NCBI GenBank assembly: GCA_965261395.1
Contig: OZ253462.1
Location: 6,144,001 to 6,208,000, forward strand
From: Candidatus Latescibacterota bacterium
Lineage (GTDB): Bacteria; Latescibacterota; UBA2968; UBA8231
Direction of reading: 5' to 3'
Length of the DNA stretch: 64,000 bases
In this document: positions 9,702-19,600 of the stretch, in pieces
Numbering within the stretch: the first letter of the stretch is position 1
Layout of the letters: the number at the start of each line of letters is the position of its first letter
The notes under the pieces: generated by a model
Told to the model about the DNA's origin: nothing
The model's database searches: none
What the model saw: the letters and a program-made list of their open reading frames with translations, nothing else
Translations under genes and position numbers: made by a program

Positions 9702-12700
9702 TTAACTTTGACGCGGCTGGCCTACAAATTCCACTTCCCGACTACTTGATGCTTGATATCTTTCCGCCTGCATCTTGAAAAACTTGGCATAGATTCCATC
9801 GCGCTGGACCAATTCCTCGTGTCGGCCTTCCTCGCATAGACGGCCCTCGTCGAGCACTAAGATGCGGTTGGCCGTTCTGACTGTTGATAGTCGGTGTGAC
9901 ACCAAAATGGAAGTCCGGCGGCCAGCGATGTCCAACAGCAATTTGTACAACTCATACTCGGCCTCCGGGTCCATCGCCGCCGTCGGTTCATCCAAAATAA
10001 GTACTTCAGCCTCCACCTTATAGAGACAACGGGCAAGGGCCAGATGCTGCCACTGCCCAACCGACAGATCGGTACCCTCCAAAGATCGCCCCAACTGGGT
10101 TTGTAGGCCGTCGGGCAACCCCTTGAGAACGTGGTCTAAACGGGTTGCGACGACGACCTCATCTATGCCGCCATCGGTATCCTCTCGATGCATGTCGCCC
10201 AGCCGAATGTTGTCTTCTACGGTTTGCTCGTACTGGGCAAAGTCCTGAAAGACAGCCGATGTCGCCGTGAGCAAGGCATTCTGGCCATCGGCGCGAACCT
10301 CTTTACCGCGAAACAACACCTTTCCTTCCGTCGGCTCTAGCAAGCCACAGAGCAGCTTCGCCAATGTGGTCTTGCCCGCACCGTTTCTACCCACGAGAGC
10401 TATTGTATCGGAGTCATAGATGTCAAACGAGATGTCATTGAGCGCATTGCCGCGCTCCCCGGGATAATGAAAGCTGACATTTCTAAAACTGATCATGGGC
10501 TCATGTGCCGCCTGTATTCCTCGTCGCGCTTGGGATGGTTGGGCAGTCTCGTCCTCGTTTCCTTCGGGAAGGTTCATGAATTCAAAGTAGTCCGATATGA
10601 ACAAGCTGCATCGGAACAATTGGGCAATTCCATTCGCCATGAGCCTTGTCGCATTGCGAAACTGGAGCGTAGCGGCCAAACCCATGGCCAAGTCTCCGAG
10701 ACTGATGATACCTTGACTGGCGCGCAGAACGATGAAGATATAGATCCCCGCCGCAGCGGCTATGCTTGGAATATCTGCGATTATTACTATCTTGTTTCGC
10801 GCTAGGAACAGCGCGCGATTCTCGCGGTAGCACTTCTCCCAAATCGCCTTGTAGTTTGCCAGCCAGTGTTGGGCAAAACCAAAGATCCGCACCTCTTTTG
10901 CATACGCGCGATCGCACAATACCTTTGCATGATATTCAAGGCGACGACGATCCGAACTCTGATACCGGAAAAGTTCGTGACCATCGAGTATGTAGCGAAG
11001 TTGTGATAAGAAATAGGGGATTGCTGCGACGATAACAAGGAGCGAAAGCCAGCCACTAAAGAGTGAGAGAAGGGCCGCAACCGAGACGAGACCTAAGATA
11101 GAAGATATCGCTTGGAAGAGGAAAAGCGACGTGTATTCAGGCCAGCCTTTTCTTTGTTCTGCTGCTTCTATCTTGTTGTAGAACGCGCTGTCCTCATAAC
11201 AGCGATATGGAACCCTACTAGCTTTTTCTGCCAAATCGTGCTGAGCCACATAAGTGGCCCTGGGTGCATTAGGTGATTGTTACGGTTTTGGTGGTTGTTT
11301 TTAGGTTGTCTCGGTACTGCTGAAAGACCCGGTCAAGCGTTCCATTGTACAAGGCGCAACGCAGGGCAAGAATGGCGTTGCTGTTTTCCTTATACCACCA
11401 AGCGCCCGAGCGTTTCAGACGAACATGGCCGATGAAGCGATGCGCCGATTCGATCGCACCCGACCCGATCGGGTATCCGCCCTTGCGATGGCTGCCGAAA
11501 TCGACTTGATGCAATCGCTTTTGCAGGTACGTCAAGGCCGTGCCGATCGCTTCTTCGGCCTCTTCCGAGACCGCCTGCATGCGCTGCAGACCCCAAACCA
11601 CGCCGGTGCCCTCACCGCAGAACAGGCGCGCCAGAGTCGCTTCCAGCCAATGGCTGGCGCGCGCCGCATCGGTGCCGTATTGAGCCTCGGCCACCGCGTG
11701 CAGGTAGCGGCTACAATGGTAGTAGTCGAGGATCTGACGGGCGCTCGGGAACAGTTCCTCCACCCATTTCCAGATCCACGGGGCTCCGTCCCCGATGGCA
11801 CACAAGCGCACCTGCTCCTCCGGGATCAGCCCCGCCTCCTTGACCTGGCGCAAGGCCGAGCCGAAGGCCTGTTCGTCGCCCATCTGGTGCCAGGAGATCA
11901 GCTGCTCGATGCGCTCATCGTCTACCAAGTAGAAGCGAAAGCCCTTGGCTTCGTGGTATTCACCCTGCCAACGCCTTCGCCGAGCCCGGCTCTTCTTGCG
12001 CCCCGGACGAGTCCCTTTGGCGGTCTCGGGACGACTGGGCACGTCGGCCGCGTCGATGGCCAACACCACGATGGGCCGCCACTTGCGAGCGGCGGCGGCT
12101 TGAGCAATGCGATCCTGGATGTCGGCCGCGTCCGGACACACCTGCAGCACGTCCAACGACCCGGTCTGTTGCAGCACCTCGTGAATCACACAGTCGCTCA
12201 TCGACGCGTCGGTCAGCTCGTCCAGCAGCTTCGCGGCGCGCTGGTGGGGCATCTCCAGCGCCAGCTTGACCCCGGCGTTTTGAACGTCCCACTGCTTGCG
12301 GTGCCCCGACAGGCCCAGGGCCTCGTCCAGCGGATAAAAGCCGTGCTCACAGGAAACGCAGTAGAAATAGGGCCGCTCCAAGGGCACCGGCCCGAGCAGC
12401 GTCTCCACCGTGCGCGAGCGCGACGGTCGCGCACGCAGGACGCGCTCACACTTCGGGCAGGCCGCCTCTTCTTGCGCCAGGAACTGGCCGTGGCGGCGTT
12501 CGATGAAGGCTTCCACCACCGCCGCGGTAAGCCCGGAGCGCTCTTGCGACACCGCCTCGGTAATCTCCATCAACGTCGGCGGAGTAGATCCGTGCTCGCT
12601 CATTTGCGTCTCCACCCGATCCAGCAACTCGTCCAGGGCTTCATGCGCTCTACTTCGAAAGCGCGCCCACTGCTGCCGCTGCTGAAAGGGCGCCAGAGAG

Positions 12701-13193
12701 AGAATCGCAGGCATTGCTCCCCTTCTTTCTCAATCGAGGGGAGCGTGCCGCGGGGGAGGCGGCAAAAGAATAGAACAAGTTACTGTAAAATATACACATA
12801 CGTACCGAAATCGTGCCATAACAATCGGCTAAGGTGCCCAGTGGCCCTTGTGCCCAGAATCGCTCTCATTGGACGCCATAGAACATCAGTCGCCAACGCG
12901 ACGATCCACACCGCGATTTGCCCCCCCATCAACACGCCGAGCGTCGTGTACTCCATCGGCTCATTGGCCTGCCGAGCGATCCAGAGCGACTCGGCTTCAT
13001 CGACCAATAGCTTTGTGAAATAGATAGAAATAGAAACCGCAATACCATCATAGATCGTCAGCAGCATTGAAAGGATGAAATAGGCCCTACCAGCCCGCTG
13101 ATATACTTTCAGTATCTGCGGGAGGAGTGTTAAAAAACACCGCAAGCCAGATGCAACCTCGCGGAATTTATACGCCATAATGAGATCCCTCAA
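9702..13193 (-). pseudogene. ABC exporter (fused permease-ATPase) interrupted by an IS
   Basis: Walker A GRNGAGKT, signature LSVGQWQ, LILDEPT, SHRLST. Removing 11262-12839 plus one TSD copy gives continuous ...ILGTRATYVAQHDL... Confidence 0.9.
11262..12839 (-). mobile_element. ISKra4/ISLre2-like (UPF0236) insertion sequence, transposase 11269..12714
   Basis: 9-bp TSD AGTGGCCCT at 11253-11261 and 12840-12848; ends GGGTGCATTAG / CTAAGGTGCCC; motifs IGDGAPWIW, ILDYYH, GYPIGSGAIESAH, RLKRSGAWW. Confidence 0.9.
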
Positions 13194-13264
13194 ACTTAAT
13201 ACGCGACACCAATAATAATTTGCAGTGCGGCTCGGCGTTAGGTTTATTCGTTGTTGCCCAACAA

Positions 13265-14626
13265 TCAGGACCCATCACAATAAGCCATCCGCATCGGCAT
13301 CAGCACGGCAGCGTGGTGATCCTCTCCCGCCTCGAAGTGAAGGGGTGCCTCACTATGCGCAAGATATATCCGTATCTCCTCCCCCCCGTCTTTCAGCGCC
13401 TCCACAATCGTTGTGAGGAAGTCGTGATTGAGGCCGGCGCGGAATGATCCTCCATCCTCGATATTCGTCACATCAGCAGGGCAGCTCACGGAGTGCTCCC
13501 AGTCCGGGAGGTCGTCGCCGTGCAGGTCGTCCGCATTTTCTCCGTTCTGACTGAACCCCTGATCCCGCGTCGTTCGCAGCACCAGCTTCCCCTCCACACC
13601 CGACACCCGCATCTCTACGCTAGGCACGTACTCCCAGCCACTTTTCACCAGTTCGTGGCGGTCTCTGAGGAACGGCTCGATCTCCTCCACGCAGGCCATT
13701 AGGTGCTCGCTGCGCACGACCGCCAAGATCGGACCGTGGGAGCCGACGGCCTCTTGGTATTTGAGGTACGGTCCGGGAGTTGATGGCAACGTCACTCTGC
13801 AGCCGTCCGGAGTCCGCAACGTGGCAGATTCCTCTTCGATAATCAGCGTTGCCGAGTCCGTCTCCGGGACCATTCCAGCTTGCAGCGAATCGAGGATCAC
13901 CGGGGCCGGCAGCGACGCCAAACCTTTGCTCGACCAGTTGAGCAGCCGCGAGCCGTCGGTCGCGACAATCCTACCACCGGCGTCGAGACAGACGCAGTGC
14001 ATAATGGGCCGCTTGGGATCGTCGCTTGTGAAGCGAGCTACGTGACGCAATCCGGCCAGATCGTCCGGCCCGAGTTCGAATGTCTGTGCAGTGCTGGATT
14101 CCGCCATCGCCATGATCTCCTTTTGCAGGCGTTTCCGGGCCTTTTGCAGACGGCTCTTTACCACTCCGATTTGGAGGTGCAGCAAGGTTGCTGTCTGCTG
14201 ATAGGAATAGCCCTTGAGGTAGTGGTGGACGATCACGTCTCGGTGGGAGTCACTCAATCGTCCGATCGCCTTCCGCACCAACGCCCTGATCTCCTGCTTC
14301 TCCTGTTCAGGCGGTACCGCGAGGTCGAGCTGATCCAAAAGATTGAGTTGCGTCAGACGGCGCCGCTGCCACATGCGTGCTTTGTTGTCCGCAATCGAGC
14401 ACAGCCAGGCACCGAACCGGTCGGGAGCGCGCAGCTCCGCTAGCTGCTGGTACGCGGCAATGAACGCCTCCTGTAGGACGTCCTCTGCCACCTCTTGCGA
14501 GCCCAGCCTGCGGGTGAGCCGCACCAGCAACCACGGCGTGTGTTCCTCAACGAGCGAACCAAACGCCGCCGAGTCGCCAGCAGTAGCCCTCTGCACGCAG
14601 CTTTCTCCATTCCGTTCCATGGTCAC
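13265..14626 (-). CDS. ECF sigma-70 factor fused to DNA polymerase III beta-clamp-like domains II-III
   Basis: aa 1-170: sigma2 (AEDVLQEAF, FGAWLCSIA) and sigma4 (YSYQQTATLL, VKSRLQKARKRL). aa ~180-453: DnaN-like FTSDDPKRPIMHCV, VATDGSRL, GPYLKYQEAV, GLNHDFL, VLMPMRM. Confidence 0.85.
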   Translation of the reverse strand: MTMERNGESCVQRATAGDSAAFGSLVEEHTPWLLVRLTRRLGSQEVAEDVLQEAFIAAYQQLAELRAPDRFGAWLCSIADNKARMWQRRRLTQLNLLDQLDLAVPPEQEKQEIRALVRKAIGRLSDSHRDVIVHHYLKGYSYQQTATLLHLQIGVVKSRLQKARKRLQKEIMAMAESSTAQTFELGPDDLAGLRHVARFTSDDPKRPIMHCVCLDAGGRIVATDGSRLLNWSSKGLASLPAPVILDSLQAGMVPETDSATLIIEEESATLRTPDGCRVTLPSTPGPYLKYQEAVGSHGPILAVVRSEHLMACVEEIEPFLRDRHELVKSGWEYVPSVEMRVSGVEGKLVLRTTRDQGFSQNGENADDLHGDDLPDWEHSVSCPADVTNIEDGGSFRAGLNHDFLTTIVEALKDGGEEIRIYLAHSEAPLHFEAGEDHHAAVLMPMRMAYCDGS

Positions 14627-14746
14627 CCTTATAGTTGCTTCCTAGGCGACAAAGGTATCCGAAAAAAGGAGCCGTCGGGACAAATTACGCCTGCATCTTC
14701 AATTCGGTTAGTGGTTCTTTTGTAGGTTGGACGTGAATCCGACGGG

Positions 14747-15997
14747 CTAGAAATTATACATCAGGCTCAGATCAATGAAGCTGTCGCGTCGGGTCTCGTA
14801 GTGGATATCCGCTGGGTCAACATTGAGGAGATAGATCGACTCTAGATTCACAGACCACTGGTCGGCGATGCGGCGCTCCAATGCAACCGCTAAGGCGCGG
14901 GTAGCCCGGTCCACATCCCCCAGAATACTGGCGACAATTTCACTGCTCTGGACATCGTTGAGCGCAAGGCGAGCGGCGAAGAAGAGATCGTTTTCGAGCG
15001 TATTGGGCGAGCGGCTTGGGGTCGCATTGCGGCCCCGGCTATCGTAATTCCATTCGCCGAGCAGATTGAGATCGGCAGCCGAGCCAAATACGGAATAGAA
15101 CGTGTATTCGCCACCGCAAACGGAAGCAACGTAATCCTCTTCCCGGCCGGACAGGTTGCGAGCGCCAGCGCGCTGAATGGCCTCCAGCTTGAACAACCAA
15201 GAGCCGACCGTTAGCTGGGCGTCCAATCCAAACTGGCGGATCTGCGCGTAGTACTGACCTAAGGCCGGCGCGCCGCTAGCGTCCAAGAGTAGCTTCAAAG
15301 AAGGCTCCCGGCTAGTGCCGTTGAATGCGCTCACACCCAGATCGAGAAGCCCAAAACTCTGACTGTACCGAGCGGCGAGATCTACATGCCGCTCCTCGGC
15401 CTCGCTCTCGTACTCGACCTGCTCATCTTCTACCAAGAGCGGGAGACGCAAGCGACCCGCTCGGCCCGGAAAGGTGCGGGCGCGGTGGTAGGGCAAAGCA
15501 AAAAATTCCATCACCCCCCAATCACTAGACCAAGTAAAATGGACCATGGGTTGCCCCAGCTTAGCTTCGCCAGCCGGATGTTCAACGAGATCGACTTGGT
15601 TGACGATATCGACCAAGTGCTGCGATTCGGTTACGCCCCAGAACACCTGATCGACGCCCACGCGCAGCTCCCATTCGCCATCGCCGATTTCGCCGAATAA
15701 CAGCAGATAGGCTTCGCGCAGATCGGCATGAGTGCGGCGTGGGTCGGTGTTGTCGTAGCGAAAGAATGGAGCTAAAGTGAGGCTTCTACCCGCAGCGTCT
15801 TCAAGGTAGAGTTTGGGCACTGCGACAAAGCCGCTCGCATGGGAGCGCTGGTCGGGATGAGCACCAGCTTCGGGGAACCATCGGCTTTCGACGTTCAAGC
15901 GCCCGGAAAACTCGTGGTCAATCTCGGTTCCGGCGCGTGCTTCAACGGCCAAGGCCAAAATCCAGACCGCGCCGAGAGCGGCACGGAGTAGCATCAA
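14747..15997 (-). CDS. outer-membrane beta-barrel protein of the MMPL/LolA-like operon
   Basis: Signal peptide, DLREAY and VFWGVTES motifs, terminal YNF. Confidence 0.75.
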   Translation of the reverse strand: MMLLRAALGAVWILALAVEARAGTEIDHEFSGRLNVESRWFPEAGAHPDQRSHASGFVAVPKLYLEDAAGRSLTLAPFFRYDNTDPRRTHADLREAYLLLFGEIGDGEWELRVGVDQVFWGVTESQHLVDIVNQVDLVEHPAGEAKLGQPMVHFTWSSDWGVMEFFALPYHRARTFPGRAGRLRLPLLVEDEQVEYESEAEERHVDLAARYSQSFGLLDLGVSAFNGTSREPSLKLLLDASGAPALGQYYAQIRQFGLDAQLTVGSWLFKLEAIQRAGARNLSGREEDYVASVCGGEYTFYSVFGSAADLNLLGEWNYDSRGRNATPSRSPNTLENDLFFAARLALNDVQSSEIVASILGDVDRATRALAVALERRIADQWSVNLESIYLLNVDPADIHYETRRDSFIDLSLMYNF

Positions 15998-16806
15998 CGC
16001 GCCCGTTTTAGTCCGGTTTGCGTAAAATCGCGGTCGTCGAGGTCAGTCTGGAATTGAAAATCCGTCCAAGTCAGAACGGTACTTTTTCCGGTCAGATGAT
16101 TAACCATCGTCATCTCGCTAGCGCGCCAGTAACGCTCTAGGTACTGCTGGTAATTCCCCAAGGTGAGCGTCTTCAGATGGGCATCCTTGCGGTCGTAGTA
16201 CTCCACTTTCCAAACGCGCAGCTCGTCCTTGTCGCGCCAGACCACTTGGCGGCTATAGCCCGATTTCTTATCGACGGCAACGCGTTCGGAAACCGTGCAG
16301 GTCAAATCGCCGCAAGGCTCGTCGCGCAGGTAGCGGTAGGTGAATTTCTCCACGGCCGGGGCAGTCAGATCTTCATAGGCAAATTCGCTCCCCATGAAGG
16401 AGCCGGATCGATTCGACGAACTAATGCGCTTGACGCGTTTCAGAGCGGGTAGATAGAGCCATTGATCGTCCGCGCTTTCCCCATGCGAGTGAATGAGCAA
16501 CGCCGTTCCCTGGACATCGCGCGGCTCATCAAACACAAACAGACTCTTGTCACCATCTTCGGCGACTTCAAGAATTTTTACCCGGAGCTGGCGTCGGCTC
16601 TCTTGTCCGTGTTTGTTGCGCAGCACCATGATTTGCTGGGCCGTAAAGTTGCCAAAGCCTTCCTCGCGAGCGCGGGAATCTTGGGCGATTTTCAGCCCGG
16701 TTTCCTCGGGGGTGGCATTTTCGGAATGGGTGGGTGCCGCGCCAAGACAGGTCAAAATGATCAGACAACGCGCGAAAAACGACAGCATTGGTCGTGCGGG
16801 AATCAT
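15994..16806 (-). CDS. outer membrane lipoprotein-sorting protein (LolA-like)
   Basis: DDQWLYLPALKRVKRISS..SGSFMGSEFAYEDL; ATG at 16806 is coupled to the MMPL stop. Confidence 0.88.
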   Translation of the reverse strand: MIPARPMLSFFARCLIILTCLGAAPTHSENATPEETGLKIAQDSRAREEGFGNFTAQQIMVLRNKHGQESRRQLRVKILEVAEDGDKSLFVFDEPRDVQGTALLIHSHGESADDQWLYLPALKRVKRISSSNRSGSFMGSEFAYEDLTAPAVEKFTYRYLRDEPCGDLTCTVSERVAVDKKSGYSRQVVWRDKDELRVWKVEYYDRKDAHLKTLTLGNYQQYLERYWRASEMTMVNHLTGKSTVLTWTDFQFQTDLDDRDFTQTGLKRAR

Positions 16807-18441
16807 GAATTTCTCCGGTCGATGGCAATCAGCAGCGTCGGAAGAAGTAAAAAGTCGGCAGCAAGCGCGAAGAGGATCGTCATCGTGACCAAAAGCCCGA
16901 GTGCCCAACTTACCTCAAATCCCGATGTGGCGAACACCAGAAAGCCTGCCGACAAAACGGCGCTCGTCGTCCATAACGCATGGCCCACAGTGCGAAAGGC
17001 GGAGCGCACGGCCTCGGGTGCTGGAAGGCCCTCGCGCCGGGCCTTCAGATATTTGCTCAGAAAATGAATCGTATCGTCCACGACAATTCCGAAGACAACG
17101 GCGATCACTACCGACGTAGCGGTCATCAAAGTACTGGGCCATGTTGTCGCTTAGCTCAATGCGGGGAATGCCGAATATTAGCACAACAACAATCAAGGTG
17201 ATGGCCCCAAGCAGGAATGTACTGCGGGCAATTACAAAGTCGGCAAAGCGGTCGAAGAAGGCCGTTCCCTCGGACTGAACAAGACGCACGCGCAATGGCA
17301 GAATCGAGAGCAATGCCGGCAGGAGCGTCATGGTATATATGAGAGCGCATAATACGCCAAACGCCACGTAGTTGCCCAAGACGTGAAACGGCGGCGAATC
17401 CGAGGCATTCAGGCTGAGGAATCCAATCGCCGTGGTGACCGAGGTGATGAATACCGGATAGGCATTGATGCGAATCGATTCGACAATCGCCGCGTTTCTA
17501 TCCAGACCACGTCTCATGCCCAGTAAAACACTCGTGACGATGTGGATTGAATCCGCGATGGCTATCACCATGACAATGATCGGCACGCCAGCGTTGGTCG
17601 GGCTGAACACCACGCCGTTCCAGCCGGCGAATCCCATAGTGGTATTGATGACAAACACGAGTACGGCGACGATGGCCACGGTGCCGAGAACCGAGCGCAG
17701 GAGAATAATTGTGACACCTATGATGATGAGAAATACAATAGGTGTCAGGGTCTCCATGTCGTTCTGGGTGGCATCGGAGAAAGTCCGGTTCATGACGACA
17801 TCGCCGGTCATGTAATAATTGATTCCCGGGTGGTCCGTGCGGGCTTGCTCCAGAAACGAATTGAGATAATCGGTAATTTCGACCACGGCCTGATCTGGGT
17901 TTTCAGGCAGGATGAAATTGATAGCCACTCCGGTCGTGCGTCCGTCGTGAGCGACCAGACGCCCGGCAATTGCAGCCGCATCCAGCGCGATCTTTTCGAT
18001 GCGCACCACATCGGCATCGCTCAGTGCATGCGCGTCCTCGACGAGCGGGGCGACAATGAGTTCATCCTCAAGGGCTTCGCTATGGGTATAGTTAGTGAGG
18101 GAGTTGACGCGACTGGAATAAGGCGTGCGCCACGCAGCTTCGGTCAATTCCTCAATCGCGCCAAGCGCCTCGCGGGTGAACACCGAACCCTCGCGCGGCG
18201 CAATAGCAATCAGGGCCGTATTGGAGACGGAGTACGTGTTCTCCAAGGCGTTGAAAGCGGCGAGTTGCGGATTGTCTGCGCTAAACAGAACGTGGTAATC
18301 GTTGGTAACGGTGATGAAGCGAACACCAGCCGTCATAGCCAGCATGACCAGCGTTGCGAGCGCAACGACCAGCCAGCGACGGCGCAAAATGGCGGCGATG
18401 TAGCGTTCCAAGCGCAAAAGAGTCGCCCCCTCGACCGTCAC
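16803..18441 (-). pseudogene. MMPL/RND family transporter with an internal deletion and frameshift
   Basis: First repeat intact (IAIADSIH, TSVTTAIGFLSL). After YFDDRY the sequence jumps, in another frame, to SVVIAVVFGIVVDDTIHFLSKY, so most of the second periplasmic/TM repeat is missing. Confidence 0.85.
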
Positions 18442-18584
18442 CGGCTAGGTGCGGTGATGAGGTTATCGACTCGAATGCGCGGTGCTACCGATTCCGTCAA
18501 CAGCAGATAACTTCGTTCCACCTGGACGGTTCCCTCGCTTCCTGTTAGCGGACGGAGGTGGTCACACCACGGCGCGAGCATCGC

Positions 18585-19589
18585 TTACCAAGGGCTGGAT
18601 TCTGATGTATGGACGTGGTCGGGCATCTTGTAACTCACTCCATCCTCGTCGTACACCGAGATTTCGATAAGCTGAGAAAAATTTTCTGACCTGACCACCT
18701 GTTTGGCCTTCAGAAGTCTCAGGAAGCGTTGTTTCCATCGGTAACTAAACAGTGTTCCCGCAGCAAAGGACTTTGGAAACTCGAACTGGTCAGCGAGTTC
18801 GTTTCCTATGAGGGCGCGCGAAAGGCGGTAGGCCAGAGTTGTCAATTTTTTCTGTTCAACAGGATCTGTTACATCCGCAACTGTCGGAATGGCCTGGATC
18901 AACATATTCGCCACGGTTACCGATTCGGGCGACGGCGGCGGCTCGCACATATAGGCGATCTTGTAAATTTTTTCCGCATCCTCTGCGTTGGTATAGAGGA
19001 TGGTCTCAGGTATCCCCATGAGATAGTCGCTGTAGCGCCAAATACTGAGAACACTCGCTTTTTCTTCCTCGTTGAAATTCGCGCCCACCAACATCGAGTA
19101 GTTCAACAGGCGCTTGGAGAAGACGGAGATGGCAAAACCAAGGTGCGCCGAGCTTATCGGTATGCCCCAAGCATCGTGATCCCAATCGTCGGATTTCGCC
19201 AGCAGGGTCCTTATTTGACTATGAACGAAGCGAATGCGCGTGGATAGCCTGTACCCATCGCCATCTCTCCGCAAGCCGCCGGGGTAAAAAATATCCATCA
19301 TGTGGCGGTTATTCTGCTGGAGGCGCCTTTTGGTTGACGCTACCCGCCCGGTAATATTGAACGACTTGGCGATAAGCGTCGAAAAACCTTCCACCAGCAC
19401 CCCCGTAACGAATGCGACGAGCATGAGGTCTACGTTTGCGTGGAAGGCGCGTCTCCCCGGACGAAAGGCTTCGTAGTCGAGCCAAGGAGGCTCTGCAAGA
19501 TTTTTGAAGAAATCGCGCAGGGCCTGCGGCGCCTGGCGCAGAACCTCATCCTGTTGCTCTATGCCAGCCTGGATGAAATAGATTGTCAA
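18585..19589 (-). CDS. MpaB/DUF2236 (rubber oxygenase-like) family protein, probably 5'-truncated
   Basis: PPWLDY, RIRFVHSQIR, WGIPIS, WRYSDYLMGIP; TTG start with no clear RBS only 11 bp from the upstream stop. Confidence 0.75.
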   Translation of the reverse strand: MTIYFIQAGIEQQDEVLRQAPQALRDFFKNLAEPPWLDYEAFRPGRRAFHANVDLMLVAFVTGVLVEGFSTLIAKSFNITGRVASTKRRLQQNNRHMMDIFYPGGLRRDGDGYRLSTRIRFVHSQIRTLLAKSDDWDHDAWGIPISSAHLGFAISVFSKRLLNYSMLVGANFNEEEKASVLSIWRYSDYLMGIPETILYTNAEDAEKIYKIAYMCEPPPSPESVTVANMLIQAIPTVADVTDPVEQKKLTTLAYRLSRALIGNELADQFEFPKSFAAGTLFSYRWKQRFLRLLKAKQVVRSENFSQLIEISVYDEDGVSYKMPDHVHTSESSPW

Positions 19590-19600
19590 TTATTCTACTC

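Noticed and set aside
11425-13023. 532-aa plus-strand ORF
   Set aside because: Antisense shadow of the transposase and ABC gene in GC-rich DNA; no recognisable motifs.
13265-14100. Housekeeping dnaN
   Set aside because: Lacks domain I, is fused to a sigma factor, and is not in a dnaA-recF-gyrB context.
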